From Zootoca vivipara (Eukaryota), in NCBI RefSeq assembly GCF_963506605.1, contig NC_083284.1, positions 17,422,001-17,486,000 on the forward strand: 64,000 nt of DNA. Direction: 5' to 3'. A program made the translations under genes and the position numbers. Under the pieces are notes generated by a model. It saw only the letters and a program-made list of their open reading frames with translations. It did no database searches and was not told the origin of the DNA. Numbering within the stretch: position 1 is the stretch's first letter; every line of letters starts with the position of its first letter. Positions 1 to 13,605 of this stretch are shown one piece after another.

Positions 1-3
1 AGT

Positions 4-452
4 GGGTTGTATCCAATGCTAGCTGTGCTTGGAGTAGACCAGGGGTAGGTAACCTAAGGCCTGTGGGCCAGATGCGGTCCAATCGCCTTCTCAATCTGGC
101 CCACAGATGGTCCGGGAATCAGTGTGTTTTTACATGAGTAGAATGTGTCCTTTTATTTAAAGTGCATCTCTGGGTTATTTGTGGGGCCTGCCTGGTGTTT
201 TTACATGAGTAGAATGTGTGCTTTTATTGAAAATGCACCTCTGGGTTATTTGTGGGGCATAGGAATTTGTTCATATTTTCCCCCAAAATATAGTCTGGCC
301 CACCACATGGTCTGAGGGACGGTGGACCAGCCTACAACTGAAAAAGGTTGTTGACCCCTGGAGTAGACCCATCGAAGTTAATGCACATGACTAATTTAGG
401 GTAATTAATTTCAATGGGTCTACTCTGAGTAGGATTTAATAGCCTACAACCA
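4..452. repeat. Old palindromic MITE-like element interrupted by the hAT MITE
   Basis: With 40-368 removed it reads gggttgtat...gagtagacccatcgaagttaat / attaatttcaatgggtctactct...tacaacc, an inverted repeat. A related copy lies at about 9864-9983. Confidence 0.6.
40..360. mobile_element. hAT (Charlie-like) MITE
   Basis: TIRs CAGGGGTaggtAACCT...AGGTTgttgACCCCTG; 8-bp TSD GAGTAGAC at 32-39 and 361-368; internal ~64-bp tandem duplication (about 124-187 and 196-259). Confidence 0.9.
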
Positions 453-3102
453 ATACATTTTATTCACCAACTGATGTTTTGTGAGAAGAGCTCCTTGAAA
501 AACAGCAGTACTGTATGTTTCAAGACTTATTTTCAACAAAATAGGCATATCAGGCAAATGCACTTAAACAGTTCTTCCTGGTAACATTTTTGTTGTTGAG
601 CTTGTATCTTTGTACAGTTATCAGTGGCTGATTATGATTATCATTGCTTTCTTTTGACATCTATTGTTGGTAAGTGTGACAATTTGCCAATTATAGCAAG
701 GCTGAAATTGGTACTACAGTTGGTTTTCTCAGAATATTGAATTTAGGTTCTTAGGGACCATTATTACATGCTTGAATTATTGCGTTTAAGCATGTATTCT
801 ATGAAATGGAAGTGGGGTTAGCTTTGTGACTGGAATCTGGATAGCTTGTACTTCTCTTTGGATGTTTCTTAGGATTTAAAATTGGAATTCAATAAGCTGT
901 TAAGGAAAGGAAATGTTTGATGGGGTGAAGGCAGATCTACCAGCATGCATGGGTGGGAAAACTCCAGTTATTATATTAAGATTGCATTTAAGAAAGTATT
1001 TACTGTAGCAATACTGAAGCTATTGGGTTCTCTCACTGAGGGGAGCTGATCCAATCTTCTGCTGAAAGCTTCCTAAATCTTACTAACTTTCTTAAACTGT
1101 AATGCCTTTTAATGAGTATTTAGATATCCTTCTTAATGCCCATTGTAGTTGCCTTCTGAATTTCAAAAAGGTGGCACTCATTCAGGTTTGGGTTTAGGAG
1201 AAGAGAAATTTCAGTAAATATTTCAAACAAGGATTTCACACAGCACAAGACAAACACCTGCTCTTGGGTGTAATCCAGATTAAATGGTGAAATGTGCATT
1301 TGCCCACACACCCAGGAGTGAAATCTCAAGTGACAAGAACCAATATTGGTAAACCAATAGGAAACTCACCTGCTGCAGGCATATTCAAGTTGCATAGACA
1401 AAATGATAAAGACCCTCTGGATCTTTACCTGAGCAAGCTTACCCAGGTTAGATGCCCAGTACCCATCCTTAAACTGATGTGAACCTTTCATTGCTCGCTC
1501 ATCATGGTGAGCTAAAGGGCACCTGTTTGCCCATCCCACCCAGTTGTTCAGTGTTTGGAAGCATGCGCCCCCAGATTCCAAGGGAATTATACTAATGCAA
1601 ACCTCTTGAACTGGTCAGCAATTTTACCAATGTTGGTTAAATATCTGAGAGTGCCTCAGAGGTGAATGTGGTGTTTTACAGCGCTGCTCACATTTACCGC
1701 CTAGTGCCACAGGCAAATATTGAATCATTCAGCTTTTGGGAGCCTTAACAAACTCAATGCCAGGGCTAAAGCTCTGACCATACAAGATTCTGAATGAAGT
1801 CACGTAGGTGCAGCCATCATTCTGTTTGTGGAGGTGGGGGGGGGACATCTGGAATCTGAATGCAAGATTTGGACAGCAGGGACTTTTGTCATGCAAGATC
1901 ACAGGCCAATATTAGGCCACTTCAGATAAAGCCCTCACTCATTTAAAAAAGTATGTGTTGGGGGGAGGCATACAGGGTAGCCTCACCACTGATACACATG
2001 CTGACCACGTGTTTGGGGCATGTCTACTGATGTACAGGCAAACCTGCAATGAATAATGATTCCCTTTGCATGCATATTCTTTTGTGTTTCACACAGCAAC
2101 TGAACAGATGGCAAGGGTGGTACTGGTGGGTCAATCCCATCCAGGAGGGCGACCTTCATTTGTACACCTTTTAAAGAGCTTTTGTTGGGACAAGGAGTTC
2201 CATGTTTTCATGACCTTTCAGATGCTGAATTCATACATGAAGCGCAACACATGTGCCTCAAACTAATACCGTAGCAATGAAGTAGTGGAAATGCAGTGGG
2301 ACTAAAAGCTTTTCACATACTGTGGGGTGTTTTAACCACATAATATTAGGCAAGAAGCCATAAAATGCTGCAAATTTGGTGCTGGTAGAACCCACTGCCT
2401 GTTGGAACTCAGTATACATGGTTGTCATAATAGTTGTTACCAGCTGTCCAAGCTTCTGCCAACAGCAGCAACAAAAAAAAAGGTTAACCACATATGCTTC
2501 CATAAAGAAGTACTGCTGAAATTCTGTGGAATTCTAATTAATTCCAGTGGGATCTGCAAATGAGATATTGATGGCTTCTACAACATTTCTTACTTTGATA
2601 GCAGACATAAGAACCTTATACCTAATTATAAACTAGTCCTAAGTCACTCTGCATGCAATTTTGTAGGTAAGTGTGATTGTATTTCTCAGACTCCTGTCTC
2701 TCTATTTTATCAAGTGGTCATCCTTTTCAATCTCCTTGTGTAAATTACCCTGAGGCTTTCTCCGTATAGATCTCAGGGTAACTGGCGAATACTTCTCATT
2801 TGATTTATGAAACTTCACTTACAAAGGTGAGTCATATATTTTCCTCCCCAAGACTGGAGAAGAGATATCTTGTAAGTAAGACTAGATGTGGCCTCAGGAG
2901 ACAACTGCATATATTATAGAGTGCTGAAATATAAGATTCAATTGGTTTTAATAATAAAAGAATTCCCTTTAGCATAAAATATTATGGAGAAGTCCTGAAG
3001 TTAACATGGGTCTGCAGAAGCTGACCCACATGTTCCAAAAAATCCACTGAAAAAAAATCTAAAGCTGTTACTTAGGTCTATTAGAAATAGATGCTGCCAT
3101 GG

Positions 3103-3306
3103 CAGGAAGGTAAAATGTGTTTCCATGCGCTCTGGCTTCCATCACGGTGTTCCGTTGCACCAGAAGCGGTTTAGTCATGCTGGACACATGATGTGGAAAG
3201 CTGTCTATGGACAAACGCTGGCTCCCTCGACCTGAAAAGTGAGATGAGCGCTGCAGCCCCATCATTCCCCTGACTGGACTTAACTGTCCAGGGTCCTTTA
3301 CCTTTT
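3103..3306 (+). mobile_element. Sauria SINE (Squam1-type), 3' part
   Basis: ccagaagcggtttagtcatgctgg...gagatgagcgc...gactggacttaa ending in an (ACCTTT)-type tail; reverse-complement similar to 12279-12618. Confidence 0.8.
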
Positions 3307-3354
3307 AACCTATTAGAATGGATTTCTCTGCTTATGATAGACATAACCATACAA

Positions 3355-3892
3355 GTTGCAGCAGCTAAAAAAGCCAATGCAATTCTGGGCTGCATCAATA
3401 GGAGTACAGCATCTAGATCAAGGGAAGTAATAGCACCACTGTATTCTGCTCTGGTCAGACCTCACCTGGAGTACTGTGTCCAGTTCTGGGCACCACAGTT
3501 CAAGAAGGATACTGACAAGCTGGAACGTGTCCAGAAGAGGGCAACCAAAATGGTCAAAGGCCTGGAAACGATGCCCTATGAGGAACAGCTTAGGGAGCTG
3601 GGTATGTTTAGCCTGGAGAAGAGAAGGTTAAGGGGTGATATGATATCCATGTTCAAATATATAAAAGGATGTCATATAGAGGAGGGAGAAAGGTTGTTTT
3701 CTGCTGCTCCAGAGAAGTGGACACGGAGCAATGGATTCAAACTACAAGAAAGAAGATTCCACCTAAACATTAGGAAGAACTTCCTGACAGTAAGAGCTGT
3801 TCGGCACTGGAATTTGCTACCAATAAGTGTGGTGGAGTCTCCTTCTTTGGAGGTCTTTAAGCAGAGGCTTGACAACTCTATGATTCTATGAA
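3355..3892 (+). mobile_element. CR1 LINE 3' fragment (ORF2 C-terminus)
   Basis: [16 protein letters not shown]...[24 protein letters not shown]...RRLRGD is the typical CR1 ORF2 end; (ATTCTATG) tail; highly similar to 60619-61207. Confidence 0.93.
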
Positions 3893-3984
3893 ATTCTGTC
3901 CCAATAGAAGAACCCAGCTTGGAAACACATACAGAACCCACAATCAAACCTTAGGCATGCATGCATGCATGCATACATAATTTT

Positions 3985-4200
3985 ATTTTATGTCACCTTT
4001 CCACAGTTCAAACCATGCTCAAGGCAGCTTATGACATGAAGAAAGATATAGCTACAACCTAACAAAAGTAAAGCATTAAAAACATACAACCCAAGAGAAC
4101 AGTTTCCACATAAATCACAAAATATAAAAGAAAGACAAAAAACCAACATCATCAACAACTCCACAACCAAGCCCCACAAACAACCCCCCGAGCCCAAGAG
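3985..4200 (-). repeat. L2-type 3' UTR fragment (related copy at 53640-53880)
   Basis: cacctttccacagttcaaa.catgctcaa.g..gctta shared with 53650-53695. Confidence 0.6.
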
Positions 4201-5847
4201 TGTGTTCCGCAGTCTCAGCTTTTGTATTTTGAATCAGTCAGGAGATGGGAAAAGGCCTGTAAGACAGGGAGCAGGTCTTCTAGGACTGACAGCCAAGGCA
4301 TGTTTACTTAGAAGTAAGCCACATTTCCCTTAATTACCTAATAAGTCATTTGCTATACCCATGGTTTCTGTTTACTCTGCAGAAATTGTCATTCAGGTTT
4401 TCCTAGGAGGAAAGAGAGAGACAGACAGAAACTGATAAATAATCAAATTTCACTTTTTCTGGAACATAGGGACCTGCCTCGGGTTGCATCAGACTATTTG
4501 TTCATGTCGCCCAGTATTGTTTCTTGTAATTGGACACAGATCTTCAGGGTTTTCACATCATCAGTTATCTACAGAATGGAAAACTTTAAAACAATGTAAA
4601 AAGTAATTAATTGTGTACCATTGTGGACTTAAATCCAACAACAATGATGTGAATTAATACCAATTAAATTTACTTAACTAATTTCCATTCCTGACCACAG
4701 AGGAACAGAAATTTCTGCTTCCTTTTTCCATTTTCATTGGAAGTCGACCACACAAAACCAACAAATTTTCAGGGACCAGTTCCAGCAAACCAAGGATATG
4801 GAAGCAAGAAAAAGCAGCATACTTTCTCTTTCTGCCTTTGTGAATGTCAGAGGTGATTTGAAGAAGATCTTAAGCCACCCAAGTGGATGCCAGCCTCTTC
4901 ACAACAGTGTTATTGGTTGTCCCTTTAGTGACAGCAATCCCCCATCCCCTGAATCTGGGCTGTCATATATCATTGTCCGTCTTGTTTCTTGCTTCACAGC
5001 ATCAGTCATGGAGCATCTCTGCAAGGCTTAGTACTGCCTGAGGCATTGCTTACACCTGGATAGCTGTTTGTTCCATTCAGTGGGTTCAGCAAAGAGGCAC
5101 CCTCTTCGACAGCCTCTGCAAACCTCTGGCTTTCAAATCCTTCAGAGTTTCAGCTCTGTCAGCTTGAAGCTCTGATCTCATAAATTGGACTTGCCACACT
5201 TGCCTTCTTTGAGCCTTTCAAGGATGCGTCCTGACAGTAAATTTCAGTGCGAGAGTTTTCTGTCGTTTATATTGTTGACTTTGAAAAAGTCCTTTTATTT
5301 CTGTCTTTGTGATGTGCTCCTAAAGAGTTTGGCAAACAAATATCAGCTTCTTTGATAAATGCATTCAAGTACGTGCATAAATAGTTTCCTAAATCTTGGA
5401 GAGGCCTTGCAAACAGATTTTTACAGGGGCCTTGTTCTTCTCCTTCTCACTCCTTAGCAGGCCTGATCCACACCTCTAAAGGAGGATGGTGAGCAATCAC
5501 AGGTGGCAGCAGACCCTTGCCATTGCCATTCACTTGCTTGTCCACTTGAATGACTGCAAGTGGTGATGGTGGCAAGGAACAATCCCTCTCTTTAGCAGAA
5601 GGGGGACCTGTGACCCTCCAGATATTCTTAGACTTCAAATCCCATCATCCCTCAGCACTGACCAGACTAGTTGCTGTTGGGAGTTGGAGTCCAACAATAT
5701 CTGTAGGACCACAGGTTCCTCCATCCCTGCTGTTGATGGTATAACCCCCTCTCAGATTAGAACAAAATGGCAGGTGAGCAAGTTTGGTTGTCAGCTCTCC
5801 CCATTCTGCACTTGCCTGTTTGCTTAGGCCTGCAAGCAAATCGTATC

Positions 5848-5936
5848 CATAGCTGCCAAGTTATCCCTTTTTTAAGGGATTTTCCCTTATGCTGAATAGG
5901 CTTCCTCGTGAGAAAAGGGAAAACTTGGCAGCTATG
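5848..5936. mobile_element. Tiny hAT MITE (89 bp)
   Basis: TIR CATAGCTGCCAAGTT(a/t)TCCCTTT; perfect 8-bp TSD ATCGTATC at 5840-5847 and 5937-5944. Confidence 0.9.
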
Positions 5937-7677
5937 ATCGTATCTGTGCCACCTGCCACCTGCATCTCAGTCTCTGTCCTGTGGATCAGGTTCTTAACCC
6001 CCCCCCCCAAAAAAAACACATTTCCACCTCTAAAGTCCTATAAAGTAACACATAAATAAGACACATAAATAGAATTTATAACTGTATTATCTATTCAATA
6101 TACATATCAGATCACAGCTGGCTTAGGGTGAAACTGGAGCTGAGTGACCCTAGGCTATGGGCTCATGCCCCTAAGGGGCTATCAAGAACGGCTGACCAGA
6201 GTGGTGAGCTGTGTCACTATAGCTTTTTTAGTGAAGAACCTTCTGACCTGATTCAATCCAGGCTGACAGTTGCCTCTTTCTGGTCAAGAAGGAATATAAA
6301 AGGGCACTTGGTCTCCGTGGAGTTTTGCTTGAGCAGCAAGGTCTACCTGAACCCTAGCAACTCTTGCATTTCTGGTCTTGCTTTTCGGTACTGAGTCCTG
6401 GCTTGTTCTCCTTCTGGTTTGCCCTCTGATCCTGATAGCTTTTCAATCTGGACTCCTAATACCTTGGTCCTGTTTTACAGCCCAGCCCTGATGGTTGTCA
6501 CACTGACACCACACATTTAATGCACATAAGAGTGCTGGGAATTGCTGCAGTTCCCAGGATTCCTTGGGGGGGTGGTGGATGTGACCGTGACACTGTGTTT
6601 GGATTCATCTGGAAATCCACGATGTACTTCCGTTGGAATGCTTTGAATGTAGTCAGTTTAATCAAAGTATTTCACAACAAACCAATGTGCCAAAACCAAT
6701 GACCAAGGCCCCTCATACTCATTCTGCAATTCCCTCTGTGTCTCACCTTGCTATAAATAATTGCAAATGTTTTAAGCTTGGCAAGTGTGAAGAATAGTGC
6801 TGGCCCTATTATAATTTGAGTAGATACTGACTGCATCCTTTGTCAAGTTGGTGTTAAAAAAAACAAACCAAAACTTGCCCTGGCTAGGGAAGAATATAAG
6901 GCAGTGAGCCATAGCAAAAATATTTTATTTTGGGCACAGAGTAGCAGAGGTTTGACAGGAAGAGGGATATGTGAAGGTTACAGCCAGGATTTCATTGAAG
7001 GAAAGTTTTATGTAAAGAAATTATGGCCTGGTGGATACAGCTCCTCCAGTTGTTTGGGTGCTTGAAGTGATGTGATAAGTTTGTCCTTTCCAGTTTTTCT
7101 GATTGCCACAGAATCCAGTTCCAAATCCTCACAATTCATGGACTGCTAAATGTCTGCTAGATGCACTAAAGGCTTGGATTTCACCCCCACCCCTGATGCT
7201 TTTTGAAGTACTGTTTATTAACTGGGGCACGTTCAGGTTGATATTAAACCTTTATAGTATCACAATTCTTCACTGCCTTTCCATTTCATTTCAAGTCCAC
7301 TTTCTTATTCCATAATAAAATGGTCTGATGTAAAGTGATATGTTCGTATTCAAACTCAAGGGTTGGGGGACGAAATCATTTTTGCCTTTTGAAATGTAAA
7401 GCGGTCAGGGTAGGTGAGGAGGCAAGAAAGAAATAGAGACACGTTGTACAGTATATTGGCTAACACTTCTCTGTAGCATGATAACTGGTTATTTTGTTTT
7501 ATGTCTTAAGTGAATTCTGAGCCAGATAGACCCTCTTTTCACCTCCTTATTATTCACACATAATTGCCCCGATCCAGAATTTGTGATCTGGAAAGAAAAA
7601 AAGTTTCTATGTTTCGGTCTACTGTGGGTGCAAAATGAGTACCAAGCAGAAAATGGCATATTCTGAAACTTACTTAG

Positions 7678-8138
7678 TGTCAGAGGTGTTTGCAGCTACT
7701 CTTGAGTAAAGACGCTCCACTCCATCTTGTCTTTCAGAGTTTTATTGTGTATATATTTACAGTGCAAAGATATCAGCAAACATGACTGCTTAGTCCGTGT
7801 CAGAACCCCGCAATGGCTTCTTCCGGGTTCTTACCCAGCATAAAAGCCTGGGCACCCCAAAGCATCGCCCCCTGGCCCTACAGGTGAGCGCGCGCCTCAA
7901 TTCTGGCGTCGGACGGAACGGTCTCCTTTTTGGCGGCCCTGTGTCCAACATCTCTCCAGACTCCTCCTCCCCTGGCCTTCTCTCATAGCGGCACTGAGGC
8001 TCCGATACCTGAAAGAGCCCTCTCTCCTCCCCACTCACTTCCTCTTTCCTTTCTCCTGACTCGCTGCTCGTGCTGACGCTGGGTGAGGAGCTTTTCAGGA
8101 TGACAGGGGGCGGCTCTCTGTAATGTGTCCCCCTGGCA
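7678..8138 (-). mobile_element. Solo LTR (same family as 22587-23055)
   Basis: TGTCA...GGCA ends; shares gctactcttgagtaa.gacgctccac and tatttacagtgcaaaga blocks with 22587-23055; AATAAA on the minus strand; TSD degenerate. Confidence 0.7.
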
Positions 8139-9863
8139 GATAGCTTGAGAGGTTATTCTGAATAATGTCCCCTGTGAGCCCATTGCTTCACCTGCTGGCT
8201 ACCTGTTGCATCTGTACCCAATGGTGGATTTACTCAGTGGTTGCAGCCGTGCTCCATCAATCAGTGCTGTGCTGCTGCCATTTAAAAATTCCCAGAAGAC
8301 CCATTCCTATAGAGCATTGTGGGAAATGAAAATGGTGGCAGTGCTGTGTTGTGTGTTTTAAGATACTGTGAAAGATTTTAAATGGTGGCTTGTGTTGGGT
8401 TGCCATCCTGCGGGAGCACTTCAACAGCCAGGTTCCCACCTCCCCCACTTTTCCTTGGTTTGTCTTCCTGGATCTACTCCAGGCATGTTCTAACAGCTCA
8501 CCCACCATAGGAAGGACATTTGGCACTATATATAAAAGGCAGGTGTTGGCTTTGTCAGTGAAAAACATTTAAAAACATTCTTATTTACTTTTGATGGCTT
8601 ATAGATACTGTTGCAGGCAAACCTGAAATCATTGTTTGAGAGAAAGTTGTTAACTGTTTTTTGAATGCTTAAAAAGAAAACATCAATTTTTTTAAAGTGT
8701 TTTATTGTTATTATTGATGTTTTTGTTGCCTTTGAGTCCTTTGGGAGGAAGGGAGGAATATAACTTGAAATAATAATAATAATATACGTAAAATATTTCT
8801 CATATGAGTCATATTTGGTGTTATTGGCTGAATCTTAGGAACGCAAAAAGATGAAGCAAATAAATACTATTCATAATGGACCCGTTTGCTCTCTTCTCAT
8901 TCCTTCCTTCCCTTCCCCTAACCCCTTAGTTATTTGACTAGTACCCAGTCATGTAAGGTCCCAAAGCTTTCATCTCTCCCTAAAGGAAGATATAACTGTA
9001 GAACTTTACAATACTGTATGCTCAAGGCTCATGCCATCACTGGGCTTAAATTGCTTAACTGTGTATTCGATTGTGCCCAAAATCTATTTTCTTTCTGGAC
9101 TAAAGATATCATGCTTATTAAAAAATTATGCAAGTGCAAATGCTTGCAACATGTTCAAAATCCTAATTAGTCAAATTAAAAATATAAACTGATCAGTAGG
9201 TTTAGATAACTGTTTTCTCCCACCCTGTCCCAATGCAGTTCCATGGGGCACTTCATACTTAGCCCTGTCTAAAATTATTGGTGGACTGCAATTGCAACCC
9301 ATTATTTTGTTTTCAGTGCTGTTTGGTGAGCAGCTGATACTGCTGAAGTCCTAGGACATGGGCATTGTGCGACTAGCACCCCATAAACATTACTCCAGTC
9401 GGATCAGTCAGTTGGGTGAACTGTGAAGCAGGTTATTAGCTTTTGAAATGGACTTGAGTTAGAACTGATTGAAGATGATTCAATCTTGGTATGGGATTAC
9501 AATGTTCTGTTTCTAATGAATGTGATTCTTGCTGCTCTTCTATGTGAACAACTACAGTATAGATTCTGGTTAATTGCATTTTCTATTGTTTTGGGGGGGA
9601 TTCTAATCCAGGTTGTTTCATCTTTAACTTTTTTTTAACAATTCACCATCTGACATAGCCAACAATTTCCTTTGATAAATTCAAAGCAGTATTATTTTAC
9701 CTTTCTTTTAAGAGAGCTGCATGAATTCAGACCCATCTAAAATCATTTCTGTAGTGTGCTGATGGCCACAGACCTTTGCACAGATCTAGAAAAGAAATAT
9801 TTAGGTGAATGAGTCATGTGGGTTCCCTGATCTCCAAAGTTAGTCACCTTGCACTAACACTTT

Positions 9864-9983
9864 GGGTGGTAATCAGTTAAGCTTTGCACAGAGTATACAC
9901 ATTGAAATTAATAGACCTATCTTAATCATGTTACCGTAATTTCAGTGGGTCTGCTCTGAGTGAAACCTAATTGAATACCACCC
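9864..9983. repeat. Old palindromic MITE-like element (same family as 4-452)
   Basis: gggtggta...cagagtatacacattgaaatta / taatttcagtgggtctgctctg...taccaccc. Confidence 0.55.
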
Positions 9984-12278
9984 ATAACCTCCCCTCCCCT
10001 CCCCCAAAATAAAAAAATGTCTTTGGTAGTCAGAGTGAAGTATTACAGTATGTGGGGGGCAAAGAGCAAGCCCATTATGATTTTACCTCATTGGTATGAG
10101 CTGTGTAATGAGTATGTTTCCTTGTAATCCACATGGTTTCTGGCAGGCTGATCATTTAGCTTTAATAAATGAACTTTATCTACATCTTTCGCTTATCTGG
10201 TTTCATTACATTTACTCCTGGTAACCCCATATCAAAGGGATGATTAAACTGAAATTCCCTGTTATTAATCATTCTGTGTTTTCCAACATTCATTTAATTA
10301 AATGAATTAATATTACAAACAATAAATGAAGGCTGCAGTCCTGTGAATCCTTTGCTGTAAATAAGCAGTGCCGTTGTATTCATAAACATGAATAGGGTTG
10401 ATTGCACTACATAAACATAAGAACATGAGAAGATCCTGCTGTACCAGACCTATGTATGGCCCATCTAGATGGCCTTTGGGAAGTCCCCCTGTCTCCTCTT
10501 GTGCTTTTCAACAACTGGTATTCAGAAGCATTGCTGCCTCCAACCACATGCAGAGGATCAGGATGCTTATATCCAGTTCAGTATGACACCTTCACGGATA
10601 TATACATAAGGTATCTTTCATACTTACAATTTTGCAATTTATTCACCTTTCCTGTTCTGTTTCTTTGTGATATGAAACATTTTCAACAACCAATATTTAT
10701 GCAGCCTTTTTGCAATATTATTGTCCCAAGCCAAAATCCCACTAAAAGTAGTACCAGAAATCTAATGAAAATTGGAGCCTTTTGTAATTTTGATCACAAG
10801 GAATACTATTACTAATGCAGCCTTTCATAATTTCTAGCACTATCGACGTGGTCAGATGTGAAGTACATGTGGCAGACAACAGCAGCGTGATGTGGCTTAA
10901 TTCTGTCAATGAGTGGATAATAAGCCATAACTCTTCAGAGACAAAGCCCAGAGTGAATTATGAAGGTCATTTCCTTAGGTGTTGAAATTAATTGCATTTT
11001 AGCCAGGCTTTCTTTATACAGCAACTTACCAAGAAATTTTTTATTAAATTTCCATTTATGAAAGACTTCTCTGAACAAAAGGGAGCAGTTAACAAGGACA
11101 AATTTGCAAGACAGGCAAGTGCCTTATTAGAAGACTAATCATATCTTAAAGAACATAACCTGCTTGCATTTTAAGGAAACTCCTGCTATTGAATTGCCAT
11201 TTTAATTGTATAACTAAATGTCAGTGTGATCTCAGCCCAGGTGATTATTCATCCCTCTGAAGCAATCTTTGATGATTATTATCATATTAAGCTAAATGCA
11301 ACGCCTTTAAATCCTAATACTTACAAGATGAACAGGGGACCTGGACCTTAAGTGTCCATGAAAGAACTCAAGATCCACAAGAAGTTTCTGCCAGCAACAA
11401 CAACAACAAAAGGGGGGGGGGGTTACTCTCATGCCATCTCCCATACTGCTCCAGAGATTTATCTTAAAACAGATTGTGGGGGTAGGGGAGACAAGTTGCT
11501 GCAGATGAAAGGGGGATAGGCTAAAGTTACTCCCCCCCCTGCTTTTTATTGGAATATCCTATGAACAGAACTCAAGTCGGCTCCTAGCAAAACCCTAGTT
11601 AGCACCTAAGCTGTGGCATCTATGGAGGACCAATCAGTTTGCATGGTTATCCATCTTCAGCAACGTTTCCATTTGTGATCTGTGTGATGCAATATTAGTG
11701 AAAAGTTTCAGCTTCATGCCTTGGCATCATATAAAGCCAAATCAGAGTGGAGGCAATTCTTCTTGCCCTCACTCTGGAGCCTTGTACAGGAAAAAAAAAT
11801 CAGTTTCCAGTCCATATCACTTTTGTATAAGTCAATTCTAATCTGTTTCTGCATTAATATGTGCTGCTTCTATAAATAGCAGTACACATTTAAATACTGT
11901 ATGTATTTTTAACACATTCTCAAAAATGCACCTTTCTAAATTAATTGTAATACTTTTTAAAAGCTGAGAACTGTGTAACATTTCTAGAAGTTTGAAACCT
12001 AATGGATAAGTTCTGATATGCACATTAGTCTGGAAGCTGCAGATCAGGTCAGGACGGTATCATATTGAAGTTCACAAAGAATAAGTGTTTCAAGTTCCAT
12101 ACGAAAGACACTGGTGCCCGCCAGCAACTGGGAGCATGAACTTGACCTCTTCTACCCGAATCATGAAACAGTGTTGGCAATGACTATGTGATGTTGACAG
12201 TTTTGTGAAACTTGACGCACACCTAACCAGAACCTTCACTTTCTGCTTGGAACTTTCAGTTCAGCTCTAATAATAATA

Positions 12279-12618
12279 AAGGTAAAGGTAAAGAGACCCC
12301 TGACCATTAGGTCCAGTCATGACCAACTCTGGGGTTGCGGCGCTCATCTCACATTATTGGCCGAGGGAGCCGGTGTACAGCTTCCAGGTCATGTGGCCAG
12401 CATGACAAAGCCGCTTCTGGCGAACCAGAGCAGCACACGGAAACGCCGTTTACCTTCCTGTTTATCTACTTGTGCTTTGATGTGCTTTTGAACTGCTAGG
12501 TTGGCAGGAGTAAGGACCGAGCAATGGGAGCTCACCCCGTCATGGGGATTCAAACTGCTGACCTTCTGATCTGCAAGCCCTAGGCTCTGTGGTTTAATCC
12601 ACAGCGCCACCCACATCC
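12279..12618 (-). mobile_element. Sauria SINE (Squam1-type), near full length
   Basis: 5' GG..GGGTGGCGCTGTGG head, (ACCTTT)n tail, TSD TAATAATAATA at 12268-12278 and 12619-12629. Confidence 0.92.
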
Positions 12619-13153
12619 TAATAATAATACAAAGTGCTTAATTAGTTGTTTCTTGCCTCATATACATTATCTCAGTAATCCTTTCTTATAAGGTAGATTA
12701 ATTTTACAGTCCACACTTTATAACTTGGTGGGTGGAGGCTGATGTGTAATGATGGCATGATGTGAAGACTACCTAAGATGTTTAAAACCACCTATTGTTT
12801 TTAGATGTCATTATAAACCATGATTTACCATGATGGAAGTGAGCCTCTGTGAACCTTGGACTTGTGTTGCTCTCTTGTTCCTGCTCCTCGTTTGGTGCAA
12901 CTTCAGGGAGGAGTTCAGAAGCTTCTAAAATTTTTAATTGATTGCAGGTTCTTTCATCTGAATCTATCATACTGTGGTTAATCTTAACTATGCTTTAAAC
13001 AAACCAACTTAAAACTAAAATTGACTTGTTTCCAAAAATCAGTTAAGATAAACCACATGTTCTGTGGTTAATTAAGCAATAGAAACATCTCCCCTTTTCA
13101 GGTGTGTCAGGGAAACCTGGTGATCACTGCAGTTCATTCCCATCACACTATAC

Positions 13154-13289
13154 AAGGCTTCCTCAACCTTGGCCCCCCAGATGTTTTGAGACTACAGTTC
13201 CCAGCATTCCTGACCACTGGTCCTGCTAGCTGGGGATCATGGGAGCTGTAGGCCAAAAACATCTGGAGGGCCGAAGTTGAGGAAGCCTG
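13154..13289. mobile_element. 136-bp hAT-Charlie (URR1-like) MITE
   Basis: Palindromic ggccc.ccagatgtttt...aaaacatctggagggcc; TSD CACTATAC / TGCTATAC. Confidence 0.85.
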
Positions 13290-13512
13290 TGCTATACCAT
13301 GGTTTATTGTGATGTTTAACCACAATTAGCAAGTTCATGAATTGCATAAAAATTAAATCAGTAACTTCTTGGACAGTTGTGCAGTATCTGTTTTGCTGTT
13401 ATGGTGCTTTCTTGGTTATAGGTAAGTTGGCTTAATTATAGTTACACAAAGATACAGGTGTTGAGTTTACTGCAAGTGTAAGAATTCTTCTGTCAAAGTA
13501 TTTTGCATGAAT

Positions 13513-13605
13513 AAGCTCATACCTATGACAAACTTAGTTGGTCTCTAAGGTGCTACTGGAAGGATTTTTTTATTTTGTTTTGACTGCGTCAGACCAACAC
13601 GGCTA
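13513..13605 (+). mobile_element. PLE 3' terminal fragment (pLTR end plus tail)
   Basis: aagctcatacc...aacttagttggtctctaaggtgctactggaaggattttttt...cagaccaacacggcta aligns with 42847-42936. Confidence 0.85.

Noticed and set aside
3334-3891. 185-aa ORF (and the 181-aa ORF at 60703-61248) as host genes
   Set aside because: Truncated CR1 ORF2 ends.
11242-11260. TGATTATTCATCC motif shared with 38593-38605
   Set aside because: A short AT-rich match. It is a worse and far more distant donor for the PLE patch than 38588-38603, and I have no evidence of function.
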